Source of the DNA: a virus
Taxonomy: Duplodnaviria; Heunggongvirae; Uroviricota; Caudoviricetes
Virus record (IMG/VR): IMGVR_UViG_3300023707_000001
Length of the DNA stretch: 64,000 bases
Strand: one strand, 5' to 3'
The notes beneath the pieces were generated by a model that made no database searches, was not told the DNA's origin, and worked only from the letters and a program-made list of their open reading frames with translations. This document shows positions 11,401 through 20,370 of this stretch, piece by piece; position 1 is the stretch's first letter; each line of letters opens with the position of its first letter. The translations under genes and the position numbers were made by a program.

Positions 11401-11489
11401 CTTACGAAATCTTCCCGATGAACGAAATCAGAAGCGTAACCAACAGCATTACCATTTCCCACCAGTCTACTGGCGGAAACAATGCCTAA
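8445..11489 (+). CDS. Contractile tail sheath protein (large, with internal insertion domains)
   Basis: N-terminal VVVIGTAFQGPVGVP; C-terminal RLSIVRTMN..EPYIGKKN..YEIFPMNEIRSV sheath pattern; GGAGG RBS. Confidence 0.85.
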   Translation: MSVLNEGNNLAGVLIDIESEVSRDYDPSLWGTTESVVVIGTAFQGPVGVPTQIYNVDMARYFFGATYDSATHRSASLVSGIQACFERGCRTIYGMRVGGKDIYKDFRLCEASEKYRLRISGQTPTNITKQCYLRINVASGFEQITLYKPATKATIAERKQALVEDMNSVLVSHINLNADIGLTRNDKLVDLVTHFNRNEHNNVFVMSIVDADGNDVTNAPEAQDLRIGSLFSGVYFVGRDKNSAAAPAYSVVTARAIISESDPKPYSSYKEKFYRVVEFNSDVSSEYPITARRYDELKNLLQGASVAAGSDYKFLETPGVADRVWVPDAVDYEEAGLTGFELYKRLGSGFAVTAQAIERKGKDSKGRERRPRIIETPADDANHIVGINDGIYALLENTECQWRVLVAANADDKADGKLPKAEAFKIASPNQVKLFGNPVSGNGALITATPKVDETDLTAPKEYEFHFVKVDEEETEYDNIGDIYTDHVAKIIGRVDGGVAELKAMLKNDKYPNGTMFLVFEPDNAAEGHLYRILDGKAGLLNISRLENELLSVNRELYVGQIAGDNLVFVPADVVVNTDAPTTYLSKEYVLVDNGTSLFVAAVGESKVNPGKCKLRPLGTLETMLGDNDNKTLIYVENSYGQKNLVNITTGAADFIPLEEFMELMQEDTSLNKLFSFELTEEGADLRSEYPEDIETSYVTTTGGNPYFEQALPDGTVAPGETYVLAEEKSIGYDYSKYIPFRTSDNFVRQLAQHCAKTSLGTSMTHGVIGYSPLRNYSLKGIAERVNELLSADYSLYAKKWNGREMLGLDGNPYEVGGNVTVTAFQYPITSSNDGVVTTVNGAAGYAGMVSVLPVDQSTTLQPTGLPTVDFIFSNNQLKQLIGKGYVTTKMSSTKGICIADGVTMAPASEFRNRLSIVRTMNACGDSIRQAAEPYIGKKNNLQNRSALKTAVDGALNSLKDTLIWDYKFEIDNLSTYTSDAEINITYEIFPMNEIRSVTNSITISHQSTGGNNA

Positions 11490-11564
11490 TATTGTTGGTG
11501 TGAATTGAGGTTATAAGGCGGGCTTTCCCGCCCGCCTTAATTTTATATAGTGAGGTAAATGTAA

Positions 11565-12263
11565 ATGGCAAATGCAAATAGCTCCACTTACACGAATACC
11601 TACACCACTTTTTCAGGTTGCGATATCGTATGCTCCTTCGGTTCCCAGATTATTGGCGAACTGCAGGGTATTAGTTATTCGGTAACTCGTGAAAAGGCTC
11701 CGGTGTACACGATGGGTTCGGCAAATCCTCGTTCTTTCTCTCGTGGAAAGAGGGGTATCGCGGGCACTCTCGTGTTCGTGGTTTTCGATCATGACGCTCT
11801 GCTCAAAGGCTTGGCTGAACATGTCGAAAACAACAAGGTGTTCCACCGCATCGGTAAGGATATCAACTGGAAACCGATGACGATTGAAAAGTGGGATGAA
11901 GAGATGAAGAGCATCGCTTCTCAGGGTGATAACAACACCACCACAACCAAGGCTGCAGGTACGCGTACGCGCAATATTTCTCAGCAAGCTGACCCAATTA
12001 TTGCGGACGAAATACCCCCATTTGATATAACCATAAGTATGGCCAACGAATACGGGAAAGCAGCAGTCATGGTGCTGTACGGCGTAGAAATTTTGAATCA
12101 GGGCAGCCAGTTCTCGATGGATAACATCCAGAGTCAGATGGCTTGCACATTCGTGGCTTCTCGCCTGAAGTGCCTGGAAGCCGTCGACATGGCTACTGGT
12201 AAGACCATCCCGAATGGTAATGCCAGCATCGACATGGATGATTACACGACAGGCCAGAATTAA
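11565..12263 (+). CDS. Tail tube protein
   Basis: Follows sheath; TFSGCDI..GELQGISYSVTREKAPVYTMG..RGIAGTL..PPFDITISMANEYG. Confidence 0.75.
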   Translation: MANANSSTYTNTYTTFSGCDIVCSFGSQIIGELQGISYSVTREKAPVYTMGSANPRSFSRGKRGIAGTLVFVVFDHDALLKGLAEHVENNKVFHRIGKDINWKPMTIEKWDEEMKSIASQGDNNTTTTKAAGTRTRNISQQADPIIADEIPPFDITISMANEYGKAAVMVLYGVEILNQGSQFSMDNIQSQMACTFVASRLKCLEAVDMATGKTIPNGNASIDMDDYTTGQN

Positions 12264-12284
12264 ATAACCGAACGCGGTAATATC

Positions 12285-12317
12285 GGGGTAGCACTCAAAA
12301 TGGGTGCTGCCCTTTTT
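12285..12317 (+). terminator. Intrinsic terminator after tube gene
   Basis: gggtagcactca-aaa-tgggtgctgccc-ttttt. Confidence 0.7.
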
Positions 12318-12337
12318 GAGTGTAGAGGTGATTAGTT

Positions 12338-14401
12338 TTGACTAAAACAGAAAAAGAACTTTGGAATAGTTATAAAGACTTTCAAGCTCAGGATATTCAA
12401 GCCATAAGACAGGCAAATCGTGAATTTGCGAAAAGATATCCCGGGCAAAAACCAACGAAAGAAACCCTGCGTGAGTGCGGGTATGACGAAGATGCTGCAC
12501 TCATCCAGAAAGAACAGAATAAACAAAAACTCTTAAATGCCGGTTTCACTATTAGGGATAGTCATTGGTTTGCTGCAGACGGAACGGATTTAAGTAAAAA
12601 AGGTCGATTCACATATGGGGAACTTGTGAATGATATTCCCAAGCGAGTCGATGGTCGTGCGGAAATCCTGGAAGAAGAAAGGCAAGAAAGCTTAAATAGA
12701 TTTAAGCAAGCCAGAGAAAGGACAATGCGCGACATTCAGGACTTTATAGATAACTATTTTGTTGAGTCAGAAAAAACAAAGGTTATCCCTCAAATCCAAA
12801 AGGCCAAAAAAGACCTGAATGATGAAAAAGAAAAATGCTTAAATGCAAACATTAAAGAATTCTCTCTAACCGCAAATGAATCGGAACAGCTGCGGCAGGA
12901 AATTAATTCTACTTTTGATTATGAAGTAGAGTCTGCGTGGAGCACAAGTTTTGATAAAAAGCCACGTGAGACAGTTGCAAATCCCGAGCTGTACATTGAC
13001 GATTCCGAAGCATACGATATTCGGGAAAAATACAGCCAAAACCTTAAGGCGGCAAAGGAACGTATCGTAAAGACAACGGAAGCTTTGCTTGACCGGTTTG
13101 AGGAGGCCAGGGAAGTTCCAAATGAGGAAACGTTCTATAATTACGTGAAAACACAGGCGGAGCAGGTTTCCAATAAAACAGAATTCTTCCCGCTTGAAAC
13201 AACGGATAAGGAACGCAACTTCCTGAAAGAAGAAATCTACAATGACGTAATCAGTGAGCTGCTGAATAAATATCGTGCGCTTGCTGAGGGGCAATGCAGA
13301 GTTGTCGATAAGAGTCCGAGCGAAATCATTGGCGACGCCAACAAAAATAAAAAAGGCGACAATAGCCTCGGCAAGGCAGGGACTACAAAACCAAAAGTAA
13401 CCACGCAGACTGTTTCGGGCTTTGCAAAGACAAACGTATCCTTCTCTGGTTGCGACATGGTAATCACGGCAGAAATGGTTACCACAAAAGGTGTATCGGT
13501 ATCCGTTATGGTCGGTGAAGCACAGACGGTGTCGTACTCGATATACCGAAAGTTGAGCCCAATACTGAATATCGGGAACATCAATGCAAAAGATTACGTT
13601 GGCGGCCCGAGAACGATTGCAGGCTCTCTGGTTATGACTGTATTTAACCAGCACTGGGGTACACAGCTGATAGATAAGTTCAGTAAGTCGGAAGGTTATG
13701 CCTCCTCCAGAAAAGTTCTGATGGATGAGCTGGCCCCAATGAATATTACGATTTCCATGGCCAATGAATACGGCATATGCTCGCGCCTTGCAATCTACGG
13801 TGTGCGCATCTTCTCAGAAGGCCAGGTTATGTCCATAAACGACATTTTTACAGAAAACACCTTCCAGTATGTTGCCTTAAACATTGACTACCTTGCTGAT
13901 GTAAACACCAAGGAAGACCTGGCTCCGTTGTATCGAAATATACCCGCTGTGCGCAGGGAAATGACGGAAGCGGCATCCAAAACAGGTATCGACGAAAAGA
14001 ACGCCAATGGAAATACACCTCCAAACGAAGGTGGTGGCAACAGTGTGAAGAAGGGCGATAATATCGATTTTGACCCGGACAACAAGCCAGAAGAGCGAGA
14101 GAAGAGAATTCCACAGAGTACAAATACCGGCTTTGCTGGACTAAATGGGGAAATGATATCATATGATTCCTGCGGTAATAACAGACAAGGAGCGCTTCGA
14201 AAAGCAGCGAGCATGAAGCAGGAATACACAAAAGCCCTGCGTGAAAAAATCGTTGCAGAGGAAGGCTCCGATGTCAGCCAAAAGATAAACAAAGAACTGG
14301 ATAAAATAAAGCAGTGGTACATGAACAGTGTCAGAGAAGTTATTGACCATTATGAGAATATCGACCCGATGGATATTCGGACAGACAGAACGGGGGTGTA
14401 A
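12338..14401 (+). CDS. Tail tube-like domain protein with long helical N-terminal extension
   Basis: Central SFSGCDM..QTVSYS..RTIAGSL..MNITISMANEYG matches the tube protein. Confidence 0.7.
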   Translation: MTKTEKELWNSYKDFQAQDIQAIRQANREFAKRYPGQKPTKETLRECGYDEDAALIQKEQNKQKLLNAGFTIRDSHWFAADGTDLSKKGRFTYGELVNDIPKRVDGRAEILEEERQESLNRFKQARERTMRDIQDFIDNYFVESEKTKVIPQIQKAKKDLNDEKEKCLNANIKEFSLTANESEQLRQEINSTFDYEVESAWSTSFDKKPRETVANPELYIDDSEAYDIREKYSQNLKAAKERIVKTTEALLDRFEEAREVPNEETFYNYVKTQAEQVSNKTEFFPLETTDKERNFLKEEIYNDVISELLNKYRALAEGQCRVVDKSPSEIIGDANKNKKGDNSLGKAGTTKPKVTTQTVSGFAKTNVSFSGCDMVITAEMVTTKGVSVSVMVGEAQTVSYSIYRKLSPILNIGNINAKDYVGGPRTIAGSLVMTVFNQHWGTQLIDKFSKSEGYASSRKVLMDELAPMNITISMANEYGICSRLAIYGVRIFSEGQVMSINDIFTENTFQYVALNIDYLADVNTKEDLAPLYRNIPAVRREMTEAASKTGIDEKNANGNTPPNEGGGNSVKKGDNIDFDPDNKPEEREKRIPQSTNTGFAGLNGEMISYDSCGNNRQGALRKAASMKQEYTKALREKIVAEEGSDVSQKINKELDKIKQWYMNSVREVIDHYENIDPMDIRTDRTGV

Positions 14402-14404
14402 GTA

Positions 14405-16207
14405 TTGCTCGCAAGAAATACAATAATGCCGGTTGAAATCTATGGCAATACAGTAAAAGCCCTGTTCTTTGGGGACTACTACAACCATAACACCGTGGTC
14501 GTGCAGGGGATTCCCAGCGGGGATATTATCACAAAAGTGGAAAACATACCTATGACGGGCGAAGTTGACCCGGACTGGCAATATCGCTGCATTGAGATAA
14601 ACGGATTGTCCCAGGGAACCTACAGGGTTTATACGGCAACAACGGGAGAAGAAGAGTGCTCCACAGGGTATACTTTTACGATAACGGGTGATACGAAAGC
14701 CCAGATTGTACAGCAGGCTGCAGAAGCTATGGGCGTATGGGAAAACACCTATATAAAGGCCGCAGTAGCAGACATGTCCAATAAGACAAATGTTATAAAA
14801 TGGCTCCGGCAAAAGTATGACGAAGCAAAAACTGCAGGAGATAAAACAGCTGTAGCTTTGACGCTTTATACATATGTTGAGCTGTTAAATAAACGGATTC
14901 AAAAATGCGGTTTTACCTCTGAGCCGTTTACCGTAGATAACTTCCGTGGCACCTTAACCCTGGATGGAGAAGCGGCCCGTGTTTTCCGGCGCGATATTTT
15001 GACGGATAAGTTTAGCACACTTGTTCCAACGCCGCTACAGGAAGTGTGCCGCATGCCGGAGGAGGATAACCACGCTTATCTGTATGTGGAAATCGGGGAA
15101 GAGTTTCTGCCGATAAACGTGGCCCTGTCCTATAAGCCCGACGTTAAAACAATGAATATCATAAAGAACGGAATCATTGAACGAGGCGAAAAGCTTCAAC
15201 GGGCTTTGGAACGCACAATCGATTATCCTGAATCCTATATGGATTTTTCCGAACAGGAACTTACCTGGGTTTCTGTAATCGATAAGCTTCGGGACGGCAT
15301 TCCGGTATTCCGTTCTCCTCATATGCAATACGAGCACGGAGTTATTACGATAACGCCTCACGAGGAGGACATGCATCTCCTGGATTTGGTCAGCGGTAAC
15401 TTATATCTTGCAATCAATGAACTGGACTATTGCTTGGATGTTTCGGGCCGGCGCCGCATTAAAATGCAGCCGAAGGAATTTAGGATTTTCAATGATGGGT
15501 TCGGGCTTGGTACAGAGCCGTATCTGTACTGGATAGAGAACCGCGACGGCAAGATTTTATCCGACATTAAGGTATTGAATCTTTCTATCGACTCTGAGAT
15601 GGGTGGCATTGTTTACGATACGGATGATGCAAACTATATAAATGAGCGGCTGCGAAAATTGGAGCTTTATCATTACAAAAAGCACCTCATGCCAATAGCG
15701 CAGAACAATACGACATCTTCAAAAGTGTATGAAAAAATTATGGATTCTTTTGAGGTTTGTGAGTCGGATGGCGAAACACAGCCGGCAGGAGTTGCGGATA
15801 GTATTATTGACCGCAATATTTCGCGCAACAATGTTATGATTTTCTCGGAGCTTAGTCAGACTGTGATGAAAGACCAAATCACGTACAGTAAGTATGGAAC
15901 AGAAGTTGTAAAAGACCCGTTCTATTATCGAACCAAGAAGAACACGATTGTTCTTCCCATGGGGCAGGAGATTTTATACAAAATCGTAACTTATGATTTT
16001 GAAAACGGCCGGCAAGTAAAATACGTCCAAGCAATGAAACAGAGCACGCAGGAATATAGGTTCCATAATGTTGAATGGGCTTACATTACAGCGCTCGACG
16101 TGAACGACATAAGGACGTCAGGATACATCATGCTTGATTTCAGCAAACGTGGAATCTCAGCAGATGTTCACACTTATATGGCCATGAATGTGGAGGTGGG
16201 CTATTAA
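14405..16207 (+). CDS. Hypothetical virion structural protein
   Basis: 600-aa ORF coupled to neighbours in the tail module. Confidence 0.55.
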   Translation: MLARNTIMPVEIYGNTVKALFFGDYYNHNTVVVQGIPSGDIITKVENIPMTGEVDPDWQYRCIEINGLSQGTYRVYTATTGEEECSTGYTFTITGDTKAQIVQQAAEAMGVWENTYIKAAVADMSNKTNVIKWLRQKYDEAKTAGDKTAVALTLYTYVELLNKRIQKCGFTSEPFTVDNFRGTLTLDGEAARVFRRDILTDKFSTLVPTPLQEVCRMPEEDNHAYLYVEIGEEFLPINVALSYKPDVKTMNIIKNGIIERGEKLQRALERTIDYPESYMDFSEQELTWVSVIDKLRDGIPVFRSPHMQYEHGVITITPHEEDMHLLDLVSGNLYLAINELDYCLDVSGRRRIKMQPKEFRIFNDGFGLGTEPYLYWIENRDGKILSDIKVLNLSIDSEMGGIVYDTDDANYINERLRKLELYHYKKHLMPIAQNNTTSSKVYEKIMDSFEVCESDGETQPAGVADSIIDRNISRNNVMIFSELSQTVMKDQITYSKYGTEVVKDPFYYRTKKNTIVLPMGQEILYKIVTYDFENGRQVKYVQAMKQSTQEYRFHNVEWAYITALDVNDIRTSGYIMLDFSKRGISADVHTYMAMNVEVGY

Positions 16208-16822
16208 ATGGCAAAGAGCATAGTGGACACTTTTGCGACCGGCGTTAGTAATAGCCCGTATCCCGAGGCGGTTATTAACCGGCCAAATATTTACACATCA
16301 ATGGGTGGAGAACTTGGATTCCGCAATGCGTTTACCGTGTATAACCTTAACGGGCGCAGATATTATTCGTCCATTGATGCGGCCATTCTTTTTAATGGCG
16401 AAATTGTAGACGAAATTGTTCAAATACAATGGGCAATCAGCGAACAGACTATGCCGTTATTTGGTTACAACAGTTATGTATGGGATGAAATCGCAAAAGG
16501 CTCCAGAATTATTCAGGGAACTTTCGCTATAAACTTTGTTGTCCCGGACTACTTGAATATGATTTTAGAGAAGTCAATAAAAGACGGCAGCTTCAAAAAT
16601 ACCGGACGAAAAGTTGAACCAAATAAGCATTCGCCTATGTACGCCAATTCTTTTTCGATTGGCATAGGTTACGGCAGCAAGGATGATATTACTGGCGATA
16701 CGCCGTGCATCATCCTTGAGAATGTAGTTATTCAATATTGCGGGCAAGCACTTGATACACAAGGTGCAAACCTTGTGGAGATGTATCAGTTTATCGCCCG
16801 TGACCGAAGTTATTCCAGGTAA
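16208..16822 (+). CDS. Divergent tail tube-like protein (tube initiator-type)
   Basis: YSSIDA..IQWAISEQTMPLFGY..GSRIIQGTF parallels the tube motif order. Confidence 0.55.
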   Translation: MAKSIVDTFATGVSNSPYPEAVINRPNIYTSMGGELGFRNAFTVYNLNGRRYYSSIDAAILFNGEIVDEIVQIQWAISEQTMPLFGYNSYVWDEIAKGSRIIQGTFAINFVVPDYLNMILEKSIKDGSFKNTGRKVEPNKHSPMYANSFSIGIGYGSKDDITGDTPCIILENVVIQYCGQALDTQGANLVEMYQFIARDRSYSR

Positions 16823-16945
16823 AAGTTTTAACAGAAAGAAGAATTAAAAAGTTGGATTTAAAAAAGTATACCGTAAACGTTAAAGCCCCTCAACAATATT
16901 GAACTAATCAATATTGGAATCAATATCCTCAGAAAGAACAAACTT

Positions 16946-17677
16946 ATGATGGAAATTAAGAAAGAAGTGACAGCTTCTGGCTTTCCTGTTCCTTATCTTA
17001 GCTTTATCGAAGAAAATAACGAACCGTTTACTCTTAAAACAGGCGATACTTCTAAAAACTGGGATGGCACCTTAGAATACTCTACTGATACCCAGAACTG
17101 GTCTGAGTGGAACGGTGCTGAGATTAGTTCCTCTAACGATGGAAAACTTTATTTAAGGGGTACAGAGAATCACTATGTTAGTGACCATAAGAAGCAATTT
17201 GTGTTAACCGACAACAAGCGTATTCAATGTATAGGCGATATAGAAAACCTACTTGATTACAAAACAGTTAAAGCAGGCAATCATCCTGAGATGGCTGGTG
17301 GTTGCTATATGTGTATGTTCCAAAACTGTACCTCTCTTACCAAAGCCCCAGAACTTCCCGCTACGGAATTAGCTGAACATTGCTATGACTCCATGTTCAA
17401 GATTTGTAAGTCTCTTACCACAGCTCCAGAGCTTCCCGCCACTACTTTAGCTGATTATTGCTATTACGACATGTTCTCTGGTTGTACTTCTCTCACTACA
17501 GCGCCAGACCTTCCTGCCACTACTTTAACTGATAATTGCTATTACGACATGTTCTATGGCTGTACCTCTCTCACCGGCACGATTCATTGTCCAAAATCTA
17601 CGACAAATAACTCAAATAGACTTGACGTCGATGCTCATATTCCTGCTAATACTGCTACCGTAGTATACGATTTGTAA
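16946..17677 (+). CDS. BspA-like leucine-rich repeat protein
   Basis: 26-aa repeats MFxxCTSLTxAPELPATxLAxxCYxx. Confidence 0.7.
   Translation: MMEIKKEVTASGFPVPYLSFIEENNEPFTLKTGDTSKNWDGTLEYSTDTQNWSEWNGAEISSSNDGKLYLRGTENHYVSDHKKQFVLTDNKRIQCIGDIENLLDYKTVKAGNHPEMAGGCYMCMFQNCTSLTKAPELPATELAEHCYDSMFKICKSLTTAPELPATTLADYCYYDMFSGCTSLTTAPDLPATTLTDNCYYDMFYGCTSLTGTIHCPKSTTNNSNRLDVDAHIPANTATVVYDL
17315..17578 (+). repeat. 78-bp tandem repeats (3.4 units) encoding LRRs
   Basis: atgttc at 17315, 17393, 17471, 17549. Confidence 0.85.
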
Positions 17678-17700
17678 AAATCTTACTAAAACAAAATATA

Positions 17701-17772
17701 AAGTTAATAACTCCTTTCACTAACGTAATGTGTGCCTCGTAGGACAAAAGTAGTGGAAGGAGTTATTAACTT
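17701..17772 (+). promoter_or_regulatory. 22-bp stem-loop sequestering RBS and start of the RNA ligase gene
   Basis: aagttaataactcctttcacta (17701-17722) pairs with tagtggaaggagttattaactt (17751-17772), one G:U. Confidence 0.75.
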
Positions 17773-18920
17773 TGCGTAAATTAGCATCTATTCAGGTGAT
17801 TAAGAAAATTGAGCCTATTGAAGGCGCTGACCGCATCGAAAAGGCCACGGTGCTCGGTTGGCATGTAGTAATTAAGAAGGGGCTTTACAAAGAGGGCGAC
17901 CGTGTTGTTTATTTGGAAATCGATTCGATACTTCCAAAGGAACTTGCCGAGCGGGCAGAGTTCACGGATAAATATTTAAAGACTCGCCGCTTTAAGGGAA
18001 TTTATTCCCAAGGTATGTGTGTTCCGCTTACCGAGCTTTATTACACAAAGTTCCCGTATGGCAGTGGCAATGCTACAGATATTGTAGAGGCCGCAAAAGA
18101 TGGCCGTTGGGATGATACGGACGTAACAGAATATCTCGGCATCACAAAGCATGAAGCCGACCAACGCAATGATGAGCAGTGGTGGAAGAAGAATCGTGCA
18201 ACGGTAAAACCACCAAAGAAATGGTATACAAAGTTCCGTCTTGGCCGCTGGTTCTGGAAAAAGTTCCTTTACAAACCCACATCCGGCCCGTTCCCAACTG
18301 ACCTTGTGCCCAAAACGGACGAGACTCGCGTTCAGGTTCTTGGCGATATTCTGGAAAAATATAAAGGGGTTCGCTGCCAGTATACGGAAAAACTGGATGG
18401 CTCCTCTATCACATTTTGGAAAGACAAGAAAGACAAATTGCATGTATGCAGCCGTAACCGCGAAATCTTTGACGAGAAAGATTTCATGTACGCCACAATC
18501 GCAAATAAGTATGCCGATAAGTTTGGTTATGGTTTCGTATATCAGGGCGAAATCCTCGGCCCAAATATTCAGGGCAATAAGTATGGCGTAAAAGATTACG
18601 AGGTATATATTTATCAGGCATACTGCCCGGAAACAAAAGTTTATCTTGCACCGGGAGAGCTTAGTGCACATCTTCAGACTGCAGGGCTTCCGCAGGTTCC
18701 TATCCTTGGCGAATTTGACCTTACTGACGATATTGATGCACTGGTTGATATGTCTATTGGCATGAGCGTTCTGGCAAGCCGAGGCAAGGATACACAGCGA
18801 GAGGGTATTGTTATCCGCCCGCTCGAGAACATAGATGGCCTTTATGACAAGCGTTTTGTTGGTGGCCGTTTGAGCTTTAAGGCGATTAACCCGAAGTTTT
18901 TGGTTAAGTACAATCTGTAA
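17772..18920 (+). CDS. ATP-dependent RNA ligase, DRB0094/Rnl5-like
   Basis: N-terminal RKLASIQ..IEPIEGADRIE domain; motifs EKLDGSS, GEILG, EGIVIR, FKAIN. Confidence 0.85.
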   Translation: MRKLASIQVIKKIEPIEGADRIEKATVLGWHVVIKKGLYKEGDRVVYLEIDSILPKELAERAEFTDKYLKTRRFKGIYSQGMCVPLTELYYTKFPYGSGNATDIVEAAKDGRWDDTDVTEYLGITKHEADQRNDEQWWKKNRATVKPPKKWYTKFRLGRWFWKKFLYKPTSGPFPTDLVPKTDETRVQVLGDILEKYKGVRCQYTEKLDGSSITFWKDKKDKLHVCSRNREIFDEKDFMYATIANKYADKFGYGFVYQGEILGPNIQGNKYGVKDYEVYIYQAYCPETKVYLAPGELSAHLQTAGLPQVPILGEFDLTDDIDALVDMSIGMSVLASRGKDTQREGIVIRPLENIDGLYDKRFVGGRLSFKAINPKFLVKYNL

Positions 18921-18937
18921 TTTGCGAGGGACTGATT

Positions 18938-19261
18938 TTGGTAAAAATTATCGACCTCCGACAATTAATCGACGCTTCTCGTGATGTTACCTCAAAGATG
19001 TCGTTTAGTAGAGGAACGGAATTTGAAGATGCGGATAAAATTGTCTACGGGAATAAGGAATTCCAGTTGATAGGCGTACAGCGGTGCCATACTCCTCCCT
19101 ATTGTTACGGCGGAGAGAAGCTGGATGAAACCATAGGGCTTACAGTTTGTTGGTATGAAAAAACAGAAGATAAGTATTACATTATGCATCGTTATCTTAG
19201 CGGCAGATATGGAGAACTCATCCCCGTAGATAACAATAAGTCAGTTGGTAGAGGTAAGTAA
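18938..19261 (+). CDS. Hypothetical protein
   Basis: 107-aa ORF, TTG start with GAGG, coupled to the next gene. Confidence 0.5.
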   Translation: MVKIIDLRQLIDASRDVTSKMSFSRGTEFEDADKIVYGNKEFQLIGVQRCHTPPYCYGGEKLDETIGLTVCWYEKTEDKYYIMHRYLSGRYGELIPVDNNKSVGRGK

Positions 19262-19593
19262 TGCGTTTTCAGGAACTAGCAAGATGGATTATTCCTGCAA
19301 TGTGGGGCTATTTAACATACAGTGAACTATTCATTACTAATGGCGAGCACTCGCTTGTTATGGGAAATATTGAGTTCGCAGGTATAATTGCCGCAACTTT
19401 GTGGGCAGCAAGGAAAATCCCTGACTATATATTTATCGCCACAGTGGCAACAGCTGTATTATCAACAGCATCATTTTGTTTGGCCTGGGATAAACCCACA
19501 CCCTTATGGTGTATGGATTTCGTTGTAAGTATATACGGCTTTTGGCTTGCGTGGTACGAGTATAAGAGAGTCACGACTATGGAGGAAGAATAA
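19261..19593 (+). CDS. Small integral membrane protein (3-4 TM)
   Basis: Alternating hydrophobic segments. Confidence 0.6.
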   Translation: MRFQELARWIIPAMWGYLTYSELFITNGEHSLVMGNIEFAGIIAATLWAARKIPDYIFIATVATAVLSTASFCLAWDKPTPLWCMDFVVSIYGFWLAWYEYKRVTTMEEE

Positions 19594-20331
19594 ATGAATA
19601 AAAAAATAACTGGTCGTTTCGATAGTATTAAGACTGCTTTCAGGTCACTCTTTGAGGCGATTTTTCGCCCGAAGAATGGTGACACAATTGCAGAACGTAC
19701 ATACTGGGAAAAGAAAGTTCCCGAAATTGATTGGAAAGCAAAATCTGTAATGCCGGAACCCGGATACAGTTTTGACGCAAGCAACGGTTCTCTTGCTCTA
19801 CAGGAGGATTATAAAGCAACGCCAGTTTACACCAAAACATATACAAGCTTTAGCGGGGTGGACGCCGTAACCCAAATCAATGGTAGTCCCCGAGGAGAAA
19901 TCTGTAGCATTCATTACAATGTGGATGGTGAAATGAAGGGTGAAGTAGAGATTGCATCCGTACAGTTTGAAAACAACTCTATTATCCCGCATGGTGGTCT
20001 TGGAGTCACGGTCTTTGCAAACGAATATGGAAAAACAGCTTACCAGGCGTTTTGGTTAGGAGCCCTCAAAGAATATGAGACGGGCTATGATGTGGATTCT
20101 ATGATAGCTCAAGAGAGAAGCGTGTATGAGTTTAAACTGCTCGCCCCGCACCAGCCTGTTCCCGACGCGGTAACAGAAATGCCGGACGAAGTGTTCAAAG
20201 ACATGGTGAAAAAAGTGTATGAACGCTGCGAGGTGCGCGATTGTTTGCCGCCCGAGGATAAGGCTGCTGACTTGAAGCCACATATGAGCAACCGTATGTA
20301 TTTCTACTACCTGTATAAAAACTTCTGCTAA
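19594..20331 (+). CDS. Protein containing a degenerate tail-tube-like domain
   Basis: TKTYTSFSGVD and VFANEYGKTA match the tube protein TNTYTTFSGCD and MANEYGKAA. Confidence 0.6.
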   Translation: MNKKITGRFDSIKTAFRSLFEAIFRPKNGDTIAERTYWEKKVPEIDWKAKSVMPEPGYSFDASNGSLALQEDYKATPVYTKTYTSFSGVDAVTQINGSPRGEICSIHYNVDGEMKGEVEIASVQFENNSIIPHGGLGVTVFANEYGKTAYQAFWLGALKEYETGYDVDSMIAQERSVYEFKLLAPHQPVPDAVTEMPDEVFKDMVKKVYERCEVRDCLPPEDKAADLKPHMSNRMYFYYLYKNFC

Positions 20332-20370
20332 AAAAAATAAAGACACCAAGTATATGACTTGGTGTCTTTT
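20330..20370. terminator. Bidirectional terminator between convergent genes
   Basis: A-run, aaagacaccaagt-atatg-acttggtgtcttt, T-run. Confidence 0.8.

Noticed and set aside
17315-17578. LRR repeats as a DGR template/variable pair
   Set aside because: In-frame tandem repeats with differences not restricted to adenines; no reverse transcriptase in window
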